Source: Bdellovibrionia bacterium (GTDB taxonomy: Bacteria; Bdellovibrionota; UBA1018). From it: a DNA stretch of 53,844 bases. Shown one piece after another: positions 1-12,413 of the stretch (positions are counted from its first letter, which is position 1; each line of letters starts with the position of its first letter). The translations under genes were made by a program, and so were the position numbers. Location of the stretch: NCBI GenBank assembly GCA_049424145.1, contig JBMSSC010000002.1, forward strand, positions 1-53,844, given 5' to 3'. The notes below the pieces were generated by a model. It searched no databases. It saw only the letters and a program-made list of their open reading frames with translations, and was not told the origin of the DNA.

Positions 1-48
1 GGGAATCCCCCCGCGCAAGCGGCTTGGCCCTTTAGGGCGGGGAGGACG

Positions 49-2814
49 TCAATTTTTTAGAAGAGCCAAGATGAGTTCCGTGACTTCTCGATCCGAGTTG
101 GTTTTGGCTTCATTTCGCTCGCGAGTCATGGTGTCTCGCGCGTTTTTAATGGCCTGGTCTCCGGACGAGAGCCTACCTTTGAAGCTAGCGAGCGAGGAGG
201 CTGCCGTGACCCGTTCCACAGGGGTTCGCGTGGTGTCCATCACAGTTTGGCTCAACAGACGAATCATGGCGACTTCAAAGTCGAAGTCCTGTTTGCCGAT
301 TTTTCCTAGGAAGAAAGGAACGCGAGGGTGTCGCCTGATTGCGGCAAGCGCCGTGGCTCGAACTTGGGGTAGGCCTGAGGAAAGGTTGGATTCAAAAGAG
401 GGTCCAATTTGATCCAGCGCAACTTTGACCTCGAGGAGGGTTTGAAACTGCTCGATCATGGACTTGCTCTTTAGAAGGGGAGATTGAAACAGGGCAGTGA
501 GGATCTGTTCATGGATCTCATTTAAAGTTTCCGTGATGAGCGGAGGGAGTTTTCTTAGACCAATGGAGTTTAAGATACCCTCAAATGCTCGGGTCCTCAT
601 GGCTTCTTCGTTATAGTTGGCTGGCAAGACTCCCGCTTCAAACATGAGCAGAGATTTAGTGTTCATCCGAGTCACGGCAGAAATTGAGGTCTTTCCTGTG
701 AGAAAGTAGAAGCGAAGTGATCCCGTGATGGCAAAGGCAGTTTTTGCCAGCATCCGCACGAGGTCCGTATCCGTTTGGATCGACTCGATGACGGAGGTTT
801 CGGTTGCGGCTTTGGCGATTCGATGCAGGGCCTCGGGTAAAGTCACGTCTCCTTCGAGAGTTTTTTGAGTGACCCGGTTGAAGGCCGTGTTGATGGATAA
901 GGTGGGATCCACCTCTAGGTCATAACGGTTACAAAGTGGGTCAACGCCTCCCACTTCATGATCGGCTTCGGCGTCCGCACATGCCGGAAGAATGGGGTCG
1001 GACTCTAAGATGTCTCGGCCTTGATTGTAGAGGGTACTCATGATCTGGCGGTCATATTCGAGCAAGGGGCCCTGGGGAGAGTCTAACGCATCGAACACCT
1101 GACGTTCCACTTCGTAGTCGTTATAGTCCATGATCGATGTGGAGAAGAGGGCATCAGGCTTGGAGCGGTCAAAGTTTAAGGAGCCTTTGAAATTATGAGC
1201 CAGACCCAAAGCATGACCTACTTCATGAAAGAGGGTTTGCTTGAGGAGTTGGAGCCCAAAGATTTCAGCTTCCTCGGGGTGGAGACGTCCTGAATCCATG
1301 ACGCCTGAGATTTCTTTGACACTTCTTAGGCAGGCCACGCGAGCCGAACGAGCGGTTCCTCCAAGTTGTCCTAAGCCCTCGGCGCTCACGCTGGGCTCGG
1401 GGCTGTCCATGACGACGAGGTCAGTTTTAAGAGCTTGTGTGAAATCCGTTTTAAGCAGCGGGGTTGAGGGGTGAGCCGGCTCAAGAAAAAAGCCGTTCTC
1501 CCAGTACTTTTTTCCAATAGAAACCCACGCGGCGGGCATATAGATGAGGGAGTGGCTTTGTTTTCCTGTGCTCGGATCACTGGCTTGGGACTCGTAGGCT
1601 GCGCCTGCCACGCGTCGGTTATCCCAATTAATCACGTTGTAGCGAGGATCTCCCAGTTTAATCCCCTCAGGCAATCGGCCTTTAAACTGCATGACTTTGC
1701 GGGAGATGCCCTGCATTTTTTCAAAGTAACGATTCCACCCTTCAACGGCAAGTTGAACGGGCTCAAGGAATTCATCTGGAATATTTCTAGTGACATAGTA
1801 GTCAATGGTTCCCCCCGAGCCATCCTCATCCGGGGTGATATCAAAGTGCTGGGCATGGGCCACGGGGCGTTCGCCGTTATAGTTCACCTCGCCTGCAAGA
1901 AGCCGAAAGCGCTTTTGGGAGCCCATTTCGGACCCAATTGGATCTCCGGGGTTCATGGTGAACACCTGAAAATCTTTCTTAGGCTTCAGTGTGTTGCGAG
2001 GAAAGACGGATTCCATGAACTCAGCAATCGTTCCATCGGACAAAAGGATGCTGGTTTCTTGAAGTAAATAGTTCCCATTTTGAATGTACTCAAATGAACG
2101 AGTCCACAAGTCCCTGGGGGGCTTGGCGGTTGGATTATGGAGGGATCCGTTGGGACTTCCAACGGTAGCCCCAGCGAAGAGTTGGGCTAAGATGATGCCC
2201 GAGTTGGCTTCTGAGATGGTGAGGGTTGCCGGTTGAGCAGGTGTTGTCTCAGTGGCGGGAATGGCTTCGGTTTGTCCTAAGATCTTGTAGCGGCTTAAGA
2301 GCTGCTCCGGGTGGTTGACGGCGCTGGGGTAGAGGCGCTTTTGGTCAGCCACGAGTTGAAGTTCTCGTCCCACGATCCGAAATCGCGCTGGGATATGTCC
2401 GATGGCCATGCTTTGTTCGTAGAGGTCGAGGCGATCTGAGTAGCTGGATGAGTACTGAAGGTCGGCTCCGTATAGAAATTCCTGAGTTAGTAATGAATCT
2501 CGATCTACGGTGATGGCTACTTGAATCGATTCACTCACGGATGCGTCAGGCGCAATCGAAGGTTTATCAAAATCCAAGGAGCGCACTTGAGTCTGGCTTA
2601 CGAGGCGCGTGTTCTTTGCCTGAAAAGAAAGAGGCAGTTCTTCGGATTGAGATAAATTGACCTGAGCTTCGGGTCTAAAAAAACAGCCGGAGAGAAGACT
2701 GCTTGAAACGGCCATCCCAAGACAAATCAAATCAGCAGGAGAAAAAGTTTTGTTTTGTTTGATCTGATTTTGATTTTTTTTGGTTGACCGATAGAAAAAA
2801 GAATGAAATCCCAT
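49..2814 (-). CDS. Zinc metalloprotease (met-zincin), probable lipoprotein
   Basis: The ORF runs 49..2841 from a TTG, and the first ATG is at 2814. HEVGHALGLAHNF (HEXXHXXGXXH) followed by SIMDY (Met-turn) marks a zincin active site. The N-terminus has a hydrophobic stretch ending in the lipobox-like LLSGC. Confidence 0.85.
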   Translation of the reverse strand: MGFHSFFYRSTKKNQNQIKQNKTFSPADLICLGMAVSSSLLSGCFFRPEAQVNLSQSEELPLSFQAKNTRLVSQTQVRSLDFDKPSIAPDASVSESIQVAITVDRDSLLTQEFLYGADLQYSSSYSDRLDLYEQSMAIGHIPARFRIVGRELQLVADQKRLYPSAVNHPEQLLSRYKILGQTEAIPATETTPAQPATLTISEANSGIILAQLFAGATVGSPNGSLHNPTAKPPRDLWTRSFEYIQNGNYLLQETSILLSDGTIAEFMESVFPRNTLKPKKDFQVFTMNPGDPIGSEMGSQKRFRLLAGEVNYNGERPVAHAQHFDITPDEDGSGGTIDYYVTRNIPDEFLEPVQLAVEGWNRYFEKMQGISRKVMQFKGRLPEGIKLGDPRYNVINWDNRRVAGAAYESQASDPSTGKQSHSLIYMPAAWVSIGKKYWENGFFLEPAHPSTPLLKTDFTQALKTDLVVMDSPEPSVSAEGLGQLGGTARSARVACLRSVKEISGVMDSGRLHPEEAEIFGLQLLKQTLFHEVGHALGLAHNFKGSLNFDRSKPDALFSTSIMDYNDYEVERQVFDALDSPQGPLLEYDRQIMSTLYNQGRDILESDPILPACADAEADHEVGGVDPLCNRYDLEVDPTLSINTAFNRVTQKTLEGDVTLPEALHRIAKAATETSVIESIQTDTDLVRMLAKTAFAITGSLRFYFLTGKTSISAVTRMNTKSLLMFEAGVLPANYNEEAMRTRAFEGILNSIGLRKLPPLITETLNEIHEQILTALFQSPLLKSKSMIEQFQTLLEVKVALDQIGPSFESNLSSGLPQVRATALAAIRRHPRVPFFLGKIGKQDFDFEVAMIRLLSQTVMDTTRTPVERVTAASSLASFKGRLSSGDQAIKNARDTMTRERNEAKTNSDREVTELILALLKN

Positions 2815-2904
2815 GACAATTCCCCCCGAAATAGTCTCCAAAAGGCCCCCGTGCCTTTTGTTATCTATTTGGGTATATCAAAAGATTCCTAAAACGCAAA
2901 AGCT

Positions 2905-3645
2905 TTAGTGGCTTGCTTCGTAGGATACAAAAATTCGATTCCGAATTAAAAGTGGTCCTCTTCCTAAAGCGATAATTTTTCCAGCCAAGATTTTTTTTGC
3001 AAGAGAATCCACGCGACCTTGAAGGTTCACGATGCCTCGGTGAACGAAGACATCGATATCGGTGCCTATGAGATTGGAGTTTAAGGCTAAGGCGAGTTTC
3101 GCCTCTCGGAGGATTCGAGAGTCGTGCTCGGTAAATGAAGAGGGAAGGACGGTTTGATCCACAACTCCTTGCGCCTCTGGGATTTGATTAAGGGTGTGCA
3201 CGAGAGTCTCTCGGCTTTTTCGTGAGGAAAGCGCACCTGAAAGCGTGATCACGCCGTCTTTGACGCGGATCCGGGGGCGGCGCGTCCCTAAGTTTGAGAT
3301 GGAGAGCGAGGTGTTTTCAGCCAGGATTTGGAGCTCTTCGTCGCTTAAGGTTTGGGTGTCCCCCACCATGGCTTGAAGATGAGAAGCGGGATGTCCCCAA
3401 GTCCGGTGGACCTGCAGGAGCCTGGGCCGAAGCGAGCTGCACCCACCCAGCAGAAGGCAGGAGAACAGAAGAAAAGCGTGGAACCCAGAGCCAAATCGAG
3501 GTAAACTTTCGGACCAAAAGGCGCCCGAGGCTTTTCTGCAGGCGGATAAAGGAGGATGAAGGAGGGTTTTAGGACTGGGGTGGGAGTTTTTGCCATTTTT
3601 GAAAAATGACCTGAGGGGGAAAAGCCTCTGCAAGCAAAACTTCAT
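2905..3645 (-). CDS. BON-domain lipoprotein (two BON-like repeats)
   Basis: Two BON-like segments are present: VKDGVITLSGALSSRKSRETLV and VHRGIVNLQGRVDSLAKKILAGKI. The lipobox LLLGGCSS sits about 65 aa into the ORF, so the true start is uncertain. Confidence 0.6.
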   Translation of the reverse strand: MKFCLQRLFPLRSFFKNGKNSHPSPKTLLHPPLSACRKASGAFWSESLPRFGSGFHAFLLFSCLLLGGCSSLRPRLLQVHRTWGHPASHLQAMVGDTQTLSDEELQILAENTSLSISNLGTRRPRIRVKDGVITLSGALSSRKSRETLVHTLNQIPEAQGVVDQTVLPSSFTEHDSRILREAKLALALNSNLIGTDIDVFVHRGIVNLQGRVDSLAKKILAGKIIALGRGPLLIRNRIFVSYEASH

Positions 3646-3739
3646 AGATCCCTGGCTTCTACAACAAAACCTGAATTCAATCGAGCGTTGAATTCAAGTC
3701 AACGCTCCGTGCTGCTTCTTTTAAAGGAATTTTTCATTC

Positions 3740-5666
<1,927 letters not shown>

Positions 5667-5673
5667 GAAAAGA

Positions 5674-6108
5674 ATGATGACCCGTTTTAAAGTTAAGTTT
5701 TTTGATCAGTTACTGAAGGTTGGCTGTTTTGTGACTCTTTGCTGCGGTGGGGTTTCTCCCCTTTGGGCCGATGGTCCTGCTGTGCCTGCCGGGACACCTC
5801 AGGGTGCTGCTCCCAGTGCTCAGCCTCCTGCCTTTTTGGGAAGCAGTCTGGTTCCCATGCTCTTGATGGGGGGCGTGTTTTATTTTCTGCTGCTTCGGCC
5901 TCAGCAAAAGCGTCTGAAAGCTCAGCAGGAGATGCTCAATGCCCTCAAGCAGGGCGATGAAATTGTCACCACCTCAGGGATTTTGGGGAAAATCACCGGG
6001 ATCACTGAAAAGGTGGTGACTGTAGAAGTGGCCGATAATGTCAAAGTCAAGATGCTCAAGACGCAAGTGTCGCAGGTGATTAAGAATTCGATCCAAGAAA
6101 TCGCCTAA
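5674..6108 (+). CDS. yajC: Preprotein translocase subunit YajC (extended N-terminus)
   Basis: LLMGGVFYFLLLRPQQKRLKAQQEMLNALKQGDEIVTTSGILGKI is the canonical YajC core. The MM start at 5674 lies just after the tgt stop. The gene sits in the conserved tgt-yajC-secDF order. Confidence 0.85.
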   Translation: MMTRFKVKFFDQLLKVGCFVTLCCGGVSPLWADGPAVPAGTPQGAAPSAQPPAFLGSSLVPMLLMGGVFYFLLLRPQQKRLKAQQEMLNALKQGDEIVTTSGILGKITGITEKVVTVEVADNVKVKMLKTQVSQVIKNSIQEIA

Positions 6109-6243
6109 GATTAAAACAGATGTTCAGAAGTTCAGAAGTTGAAAAGTAGCGAGGTTTGACCTGCATCCTCCGTCTGTAGGTCAAACTCAAGCCCGGTTGA
6201 GAGATGGTAGGATTGCATCAAAACTAAAAGAGGTCTGAAACTT

Positions 6244-7968
6244 ATGTCACGTTCCTGGTGGGGAAAGTTCCTCCTGCTGTGTTTCATCGTTGTTCTTTCC
6301 GCAGTGTATGTGTACCCGACCGTTGCCAATCTGGATGTGGAGAAGTCCAAGTTTCCGTTCAAACAGAAGATCAACTTGGGATTGGATCTTCAAGGCGGAC
6401 TCTACCTCGTTTTAGGAGTGGATTTTAACAAAGTCTTCCGGGACATTGTGGAGCGTCAGTCCTCGAGTCTCCAAGATCGCATGAAAGAAAAGGGCATTGA
6501 ACTGCAGGGCCTCAAGGTGATCCGCGAGGGATTTGCAGCCGATGATCCGAGAATTAGCTTTGATATCCCCGCAGGCAAGCGCAATGACTTCTACCAGACG
6601 TTAAAGAAAGAGTTCTGGGGGCTTCGGTTAGCCGCTGAGCGAGAGTCCCACTTTGAGTTGGGGTTATCCGTAGACTACCGCACAGAGGTCAAAGAGAAGA
6701 CCTTAAATCAAAGCATTGAAGTCATCCGAAACCGAATCGATGAGTTTGGGGTTTCCGAGCCTTCAATCGCAAGTCAGGGCTCGGACCGAGTTGTGGTGGA
6801 GTTACCGGGAGTAAAAGAAGTGGATCGCGCCAAGGACTTAATTGGTCGAACGGCGAAGCTTGAGTTTAAGATCGTGGATGATCGAGCCATGAGTCCTGCA
6901 GACCTTGTGGCATTGATCACGGATTTAGAGAAAAAAAACAATCTCACGTATCAAGACGGCCAGAAGTTCTCCGAGTACGTTCGGAAGATCAATGAGTTGG
7001 CTAAGGGAAAAATCCCGGAATCCGATGAGATTGCTTTTGAGCGAGGAAAAGGGGCACCCGGTCAAGACAAAGAGTTGAGATTACCTTACTTGCTCATGGC
7101 CAAAGCGGCAGTGACCGGAGATGACTTACAAGATGCCTCAGTGCAGATTGATCCTGAGGATCGCAGGCCTAACGTGAGTTTTACGCTCAACCCTCGGGGC
7201 GCGGCGTTGTTTGATCAACTCACTGCCGATCACATTGGGCATCGATTAGCCATTGTTCTAGACAACATCGTGCACTCGGCCCCGGCCATTCAGTCCAGGA
7301 TTCCAGGAGGACGAGGTCGGATCACCTTAGGTCGCTCCGATGGTGATACGGCGATGAAAGAGGCGAAAGACTTAGCCATTGTGCTCAGAGCTGGTGCCTT
7401 GCCTGCTCAGTTGGATTTTCTTGAGCAACGCGTGGTGGGTCCATCCTTAGGGCAGGATTCGATTCATAAAGGCGCCTTAGCTAGCCTCATTGGGAGCTTG
7501 GCGGTGTTTTTCTTTGTGGCCATTTACTACCGAGTCAGTGGTTTGATTGCGGTATTCTCGCTCGTCTTAAACGTGTTGTTTGTTTTGGCCTGTTTAGTGG
7601 GCTTGGAGGCAACTTTGACCCTCCCGGGGATTGCAGGGATTGCTTTAACCGTGGGGATTGCTGTGGATTCCAACGTGGTGATCTATGAGAGGATTCGAGA
7701 GGAGCTTCGCTTAGGGAAGCGCCCCATGGCGGCTGTGGAGGCAGGCTTTCAAAAGGCGTTTCGAACGATTCTGGATGCCAACGTCACGAACGCAGCTGCG
7801 GGCGTGGTGCTGCTTCTTTACGGGACGGGCCCGATCAAAGGCTTTGCCGTCACCTTGTTAATTGGGATTGTGACGACCTTATTTACTGCTGTTTTTGTCT
7901 GTCGGATCATTTTTGATTTGTATTTGAAGTTTTTAGAAGATCGTCGATTGAAGACGCTCAGCATCTAA
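6244..7968 (+). CDS. secD: Protein translocase subunit SecD
   Basis: 574 aa with an N-terminal TM segment, a large periplasmic domain (LGLDLQGG) and a C-terminal 6-TM block. Position is upstream of secF. Confidence 0.95.
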   Translation: MSRSWWGKFLLLCFIVVLSAVYVYPTVANLDVEKSKFPFKQKINLGLDLQGGLYLVLGVDFNKVFRDIVERQSSSLQDRMKEKGIELQGLKVIREGFAADDPRISFDIPAGKRNDFYQTLKKEFWGLRLAAERESHFELGLSVDYRTEVKEKTLNQSIEVIRNRIDEFGVSEPSIASQGSDRVVVELPGVKEVDRAKDLIGRTAKLEFKIVDDRAMSPADLVALITDLEKKNNLTYQDGQKFSEYVRKINELAKGKIPESDEIAFERGKGAPGQDKELRLPYLLMAKAAVTGDDLQDASVQIDPEDRRPNVSFTLNPRGAALFDQLTADHIGHRLAIVLDNIVHSAPAIQSRIPGGRGRITLGRSDGDTAMKEAKDLAIVLRAGALPAQLDFLEQRVVGPSLGQDSIHKGALASLIGSLAVFFFVAIYYRVSGLIAVFSLVLNVLFVLACLVGLEATLTLPGIAGIALTVGIAVDSNVVIYERIREELRLGKRPMAAVEAGFQKAFRTILDANVTNAAAGVVLLLYGTGPIKGFAVTLLIGIVTTLFTAVFVCRIIFDLYLKFLEDRRLKTLSI

Positions 7969-8011
7969 TCAGTCGGTGGGAAGCATCAGGACTTTCGAAA
8001 GGAACTAGATC

Positions 8012-8995
8012 ATGTTGGAACTGATTCGGCCGGGAATCCAAGTGGACTTTATGGGAAAACGCCACCTTTGGATGGGGTTTTCTTTAGTTGCCATTCTTGC
8101 AACCTTTGTCCTCTTAGCCACGAAGGGACTGAATTACGGAATTGACTTCACCGGTGGAGCTGAGGTGCAGGTTCAGATCCCCAAAAACTGGGATATTGGG
8201 CGTCTCAGGGATGAACTGGAGAAGGGGGAGATTCAGGGATTAAAAGTCCAACAAATTGGAGAGGTCGCAGCCAGTCAGTATCTCATCAAGGCTCAGGGTC
8301 AGGAAGACACCTTGGGTCAAGTGGCTCAAAAGGTCAAAGACATTTTAGGCAAAAGCATGGAGGCTCGCGACTTTGAGATTCAGCGAGTCGATGTCGTCGG
8401 TCCTGCGGCGGGAAGCTCCTTGAGGATGAGTGGATTTTTATCCATGTTTTATGCCTTAATTTGTATCCTCGTCTATGTCACGGTTCGCTTTGATTACCGC
8501 TATTCCCCAGGTGCGGTGTTGGCGTTGTTTCATGACACCGTGATCACAATGGGGATTTTCATTCTCACTCAAAAGCAGTTTGACTTGCAGATTCTAGCAG
8601 CCCTTCTGGCCTTAATTGGATACTCCAACAACGACACCATCATTGTCTATGACCGCGTTCGCGAGACGGTGCAGCAGCATCCCGAGTTTTCCATTGAGAA
8701 GGCTGTTAATCGAGCGATCAACGAGACTCTAGGAAGAACCCTTCTGACGTCTCTGAGTACGTTTCTCACCGTCTTTGCTCTTTGGCTTTTTGGAGGCAAG
8801 GTGATTGAGGATTTTGCCTTCACCTTAATGGTGGGGATCGTTGTGGGAACCTACTCCTCGATCTTCATCGCAAGCTCACTGGTTATCGTGATCACTCGCT
8901 ACCATGAGCGTCGCGCCCAGGATTTGAGAAAAAAAGGGAGCCAGGGCAAAAAAAAGCGCACCGTGATCGTCCCTGCTGAGCCTAAGTTTCAGTAA
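8012..8995 (+). CDS. secF: Protein translocase subunit SecF
   Basis: GLNYGIDFTGG motif, a 6-TM C-terminal domain, and position directly after secD. Confidence 0.95.
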   Translation: MLELIRPGIQVDFMGKRHLWMGFSLVAILATFVLLATKGLNYGIDFTGGAEVQVQIPKNWDIGRLRDELEKGEIQGLKVQQIGEVAASQYLIKAQGQEDTLGQVAQKVKDILGKSMEARDFEIQRVDVVGPAAGSSLRMSGFLSMFYALICILVYVTVRFDYRYSPGAVLALFHDTVITMGIFILTQKQFDLQILAALLALIGYSNNDTIIVYDRVRETVQQHPEFSIEKAVNRAINETLGRTLLTSLSTFLTVFALWLFGGKVIEDFAFTLMVGIVVGTYSSIFIASSLVIVITRYHERRAQDLRKKGSQGKKKRTVIVPAEPKFQ

Positions 8996-9027
8996 TCGGT
9001 GAGAGTGCAGTTCGAAGAGGGTTGAGC

Positions 9028-10908
9028 ATGGGAGAGAGTCGTAGTTGGAAGGTTCGAGGTGAGGTGCTCCGGGTGGCCCAAGGCTCTCCTTTGCAATCGA
9101 GTGTTAGTCCGGATTCGTTGGAGGAGTTAATACCCCTCTTAGAGCAGCAAACCCGATTGTCTCCACTCACGCTTCGTGTTTGTGTTCAGCGGGGGTTAAC
9201 CACGGCCGAGCAGATTCAAAACTTTCTTGCCCCTCGTTTTGATGCGTTAAAAAATCCGATGACCCTTCAAGACATGGATCGGGCTGTGGCTCGGTTAGCC
9301 GAGGTGAGAAACTCGGGGGGGAAGATTCGAGTTTTTGGAGACTATGATGTCGATGGCACCACCGGTGCTGCTCTTTTAGCTTGGGTTTTCAAAGATTTTG
9401 GTTACCAAAACGTAGACGTCAGGCAGCCGGACCGCTTCAAAGACGGCTACGGACTCAATGTTCAAGCCGTAGAAGAAGCCGTTAGAGATCAAGTAGAGGT
9501 TCTGCTCACGGTGGATTGTGGCATCACCAGTTTTGATGCTGCTGCTCGGGCTCAATCCTTGGGACTGAGTCTGATCATTGTGGATCACCATCAAGTGGAT
9601 CCAGCCAAAGGCATTCCCAAAGCACATGCGGTTGTGAATCCCCAACGAGCTGATTGTACCAGTGGTCTAAAGCAGTTGTGTGGATGTGGGCTTGCCTTTT
9701 ACCTTGCCATTGCGTTGCGCTCGTCGGGCAGAAAAGAAGGCTGGTTTTTGAATCAACCTGAGCCCAATTTAAAGCAGCACTTGGATCTGGTGGTCATGGC
9801 CACGGCGGCTGACATGGTTCCCTTAACGGGCGATAATCACATCCTCACGCGATATGGTCTGCAGGTTTTAAAGAACTCCAAAAAGCCTGGAGTGCGGGCT
9901 CTTTTAGAAGCCGCTGGCTTGGCGCTAAAGGATGTCAGTCCCGGGCACTTGGGGTTTGTTTTAGGGCCCAGGATCAATGCCTCTGGACGAATGCATTCAG
10001 CAAGCCTGGCTTTGGACCTTTTAACTACCGAAGATCCTGCAAAGGCCACAACGCTAGCCCTAGAGCTTGAGGAGTTGAATCGACAGCGAGCTCAGCTTCA
10101 AAACGAGATTTGGGATCAAGTCCGGGCTAGGGTGGAGGAAGGACTGGCGCAAGGCAAGTACCGGCATGCTATTGCTGTGGCTGATTCTGCTTGGCATGAA
10201 GGAGTGGTGGGCATTGTCGCCTCTCGTGTGACGGAGATGTTTCGTAAGCCTGCCGCAGTGATTGCTTTGCGAGAGGATTTTGGAAAGGGCAGTGTCCGGT
10301 CGTTTGGCGGAAAAGACGTTTTAGCTGGTCTTCGTCAGTGTGCTTCGAATCTACTCGGATTCGGAGGGCATAAGCATGCAGCCGGGCTCTCCGTTGCTTT
10401 GGATCAATTTGAGCTGTTTGAAAGGGCCTTTGATGAAGCGTTTGCTCAGGTTCCCCAGGATGCCGATGCGAGCTGCCTTTGGATTGAAGGGGAGTGCTCG
10501 CTTGGGGAACTGAGCTTAAAGGCGTTAGAAGAATTAGAGCGCTTAGGTCCGTTTGGGCCAGGCAATCCTGAGCCTGTGTTTGCCGTTGAAGCGTCGGTCT
10601 CAGATCATCGAATCCTGAAGGATCGGCATTTGAAGTTGAGTCTTACGGATCCCCTGGAGAGTTTAGGTTTGCAGAAGATGGAGGCGATCTGGTTTAATGG
10701 AGCGGAAAAGAAAGAAGTGCTTCAAGAGGCTGTAGGCCCGGAGGTGAGACAGTGGGCAGGAGTGCCGGAGCTGAATCGCTTTCGAGGCAGAGCTACGCCG
10801 ACGCTGAGAATCCGGGACTCTCGGAGAGTGACTCGAGAGAAGGAGGGAGGGCGCTTTGATGAGTTGGGGCGCTTTGCGGAGAGCGCACAAGAAGTGCGCA
10901 GTCAATGA
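9028..10908 (+). CDS. recJ: Single-stranded-DNA-specific exonuclease RecJ
   Basis: DHH-family motifs are present: VFGDYDVDGTTG, LTVDCG, IIVDHHQ and GGHKHAAG (DHHA1). The ORF track starts at TTG 9022. ATG 9028 follows the RBS-like GAAGAGGG. Confidence 0.9.
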   Translation: MGESRSWKVRGEVLRVAQGSPLQSSVSPDSLEELIPLLEQQTRLSPLTLRVCVQRGLTTAEQIQNFLAPRFDALKNPMTLQDMDRAVARLAEVRNSGGKIRVFGDYDVDGTTGAALLAWVFKDFGYQNVDVRQPDRFKDGYGLNVQAVEEAVRDQVEVLLTVDCGITSFDAAARAQSLGLSLIIVDHHQVDPAKGIPKAHAVVNPQRADCTSGLKQLCGCGLAFYLAIALRSSGRKEGWFLNQPEPNLKQHLDLVVMATAADMVPLTGDNHILTRYGLQVLKNSKKPGVRALLEAAGLALKDVSPGHLGFVLGPRINASGRMHSASLALDLLTTEDPAKATTLALELEELNRQRAQLQNEIWDQVRARVEEGLAQGKYRHAIAVADSAWHEGVVGIVASRVTEMFRKPAAVIALREDFGKGSVRSFGGKDVLAGLRQCASNLLGFGGHKHAAGLSVALDQFELFERAFDEAFAQVPQDADASCLWIEGECSLGELSLKALEELERLGPFGPGNPEPVFAVEASVSDHRILKDRHLKLSLTDPLESLGLQKMEAIWFNGAEKKEVLQEAVGPEVRQWAGVPELNRFRGRATPTLRIRDSRRVTREKEGGRFDELGRFAESAQEVRSQ

Positions 10909-11549
10909 GGAGGTTTGAGTTGAATTTGGGGTTACAAAGGCAGTCACGCAGCATTTTATTACGCCAGTCATTTCAGCCGTTTTCGGTCCCATTCTCGTTT
11001 CGATTTTCGCTCCGACTTCTTCTGTTTTTTTATGTGATCTTCAGTCCCTGTGGGATCGTTCTGAGTTCCAGCGCCTACGCCCAACTGAGCAGTGGCGTTC
11101 AGGCCCATGAGAACTACTTTTATAAAGAGTTCACCAAGACGCAGAGGATTGAGTTTCGAGCGCTTGAGCATCAGCAAAAACTGGATTGGAAAGAGTTTAA
11201 AACCCTCCTAGAGCGAAAGCAAAAAGAGTGGGAAGCTCATGAAAAAAAACAACGCAAGCAGTACTTTACCGATCACCCACAGTGGTCTGAGCGTCGGGTT
11301 TATATCCAAGATTTTTTAAAGCGACGCGAGGAGTTTCGAAAAAGTTTAGACGCTGAGAGGGCTGAAAAGCTGCAGGATCAGCGCGTGGCGCTAAAGACCT
11401 TTCGAGAGGGCCAGGATGATCGCTTAAAGCGGTGGCTGGCTTCCCAAAAAACCAAGGCGCAACCGAAGAACGAACCAGAGGCAACAGTCTCGCCTGCCTC
11501 GGTCTCGCCCTTGGGACCGGTGCAAAAGGAATCTGCTCAGAAAGAATAG
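10905..11549 (+). CDS. Hypothetical secreted, highly charged coiled-coil protein
   Basis: The start overlaps the recJ stop (ATGA). There is a signal-like hydrophobic segment ending SSSAYAQ, followed by a K/E/R/Q-rich helical sequence. I recognised no family. Confidence 0.5.
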   Translation: MRRFELNLGLQRQSRSILLRQSFQPFSVPFSFRFSLRLLLFFYVIFSPCGIVLSSSAYAQLSSGVQAHENYFYKEFTKTQRIEFRALEHQQKLDWKEFKTLLERKQKEWEAHEKKQRKQYFTDHPQWSERRVYIQDFLKRREEFRKSLDAERAEKLQDQRVALKTFREGQDDRLKRWLASQKTKAQPKNEPEATVSPASVSPLGPVQKESAQKE

Positions 11550-11569
11550 TGCAAACAACGAGGTGTGTG

Positions 11570-12346
11570 ATGCTGAATCAAAAAAAAGTAATCGTCGTAA
11601 TGCCGGCCTACAATGCAGAGAAAACACTTCAGGCCACCTATCGTGAAATCCCCATGAACATCGTGGATGAGGTGATCCTTACGGATGACTGCAGTGAAGA
11701 TTCCACGTTGAAAGTGGCTGAGGAATTAGGGATTACAACCCTCAGGCACCCCAAGAATCGAGGCTATGGTGGCAATCAAAAAACCTGCTACGCCTTTGCC
11801 TTAAGTCGAGGGGCCGATATTGTCGTGATGCTCCATCCCGATTATCAATACACACCCAAACTGGTCACTGCCCTGAGTTCTCTGATTGCCTATGGGGTCT
11901 ATGATGTGGTTCTGGGCTCCAGGATTTTAGGCAAAGGAGCATTGGAAGGGGGAATGCCCCTTTACAAGTACATTTCGAATCGATTCTTAACCTTTTTTCA
12001 GAACGTCTGCTTAGACCAGAAGCTCTCGGAGTATCATACGGGTTATCGAGCGTTTTCAAAGCGCGTATTAGAGTCCCTTCCTTTGGAAGAAAACTCAGAT
12101 GACTTTATTTTTGATAATCAGATGCTCACTCAGATCCGCAGGTTTGGCTGGAGCGTGGGAGAGGTTTCCTGCCCCACAAAGTACTTTGATGAGGCCTCCT
12201 CAATTAACTTCTCTCGTTCCGTCAAATATGGTTTGGGATGCGTGTGGAACTCCGTACTCTTTGTCCTCTGTCGGTTGGGGATTTATACGCCGCGCTTTTT
12301 GGCCAAAGAAGGCAAGAGGCTTGCGCCCCCGCTCCTGAACTCGTGA
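11570..12346 (+). CDS. Family 2 glycosyltransferase (GT-A fold)
   Basis: [21 protein letters not shown] (DxD-type) and LHPDYQY. ATG 11570 is preceded by GAGG. The longer ORF from 11432 overlaps the upstream gene. Confidence 0.8.
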   Translation: MLNQKKVIVVMPAYNAEKTLQATYREIPMNIVDEVILTDDCSEDSTLKVAEELGITTLRHPKNRGYGGNQKTCYAFALSRGADIVVMLHPDYQYTPKLVTALSSLIAYGVYDVVLGSRILGKGALEGGMPLYKYISNRFLTFFQNVCLDQKLSEYHTGYRAFSKRVLESLPLEENSDDFIFDNQMLTQIRRFGWSVGEVSCPTKYFDEASSINFSRSVKYGLGCVWNSVLFVLCRLGIYTPRFLAKEGKRLAPPLLNS

Positions 12347-12413
12347 GTAGGGATGGCTGAAGCCGTCTTTGGGTCTTAGGGCAAACGCGCGGGTGGAGCC
12401 TGTTTTTTGCCCA

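Noticed and set aside
1-48. A similar short string at both window ends (gggaatcccc at 1-10 and gggagattcccc near 53806-53817), which could hint at terminal repeats or circular closure.
   Set aside because: The match is only about 10 nt and imperfect, so it is not distinguishable from chance. No conclusion about replicon topology is possible from this.
71-2067. ORFs of 64-198 codons on both strands inside the metalloprotease gene (71-412, 1241-1474, 1386-1580, 1471-2067, 1632-1856).
   Set aside because: They are fully nested in, or antisense to, a 930-codon ORF with a clear zincin active site. Their translations are Arg/Ser/Gly-rich with no motifs, which is typical of shadow ORFs. The same reasoning applies to nested ORFs in rel (12505-14427), the giant ORF, secD, recJ, the Clp-like gene and others.
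6154-6186. A 9-bp stem (GTTTGACCT/AGGTCAAAC) between yajC and secD as a terminator.
   Set aside because: It has a 15-nt loop and no following T-run, and yajC-secDF is normally co-transcribed. At most it is a weak mRNA structure.
11432-11569. An upstream extension of the GT2 glycosyltransferase ORF.
   Set aside because: It overlaps the preceding gene by 118 nt. ATG 11570 follows GAGG and begins directly with the canonical VVMPAYN start of GT2 enzymes.
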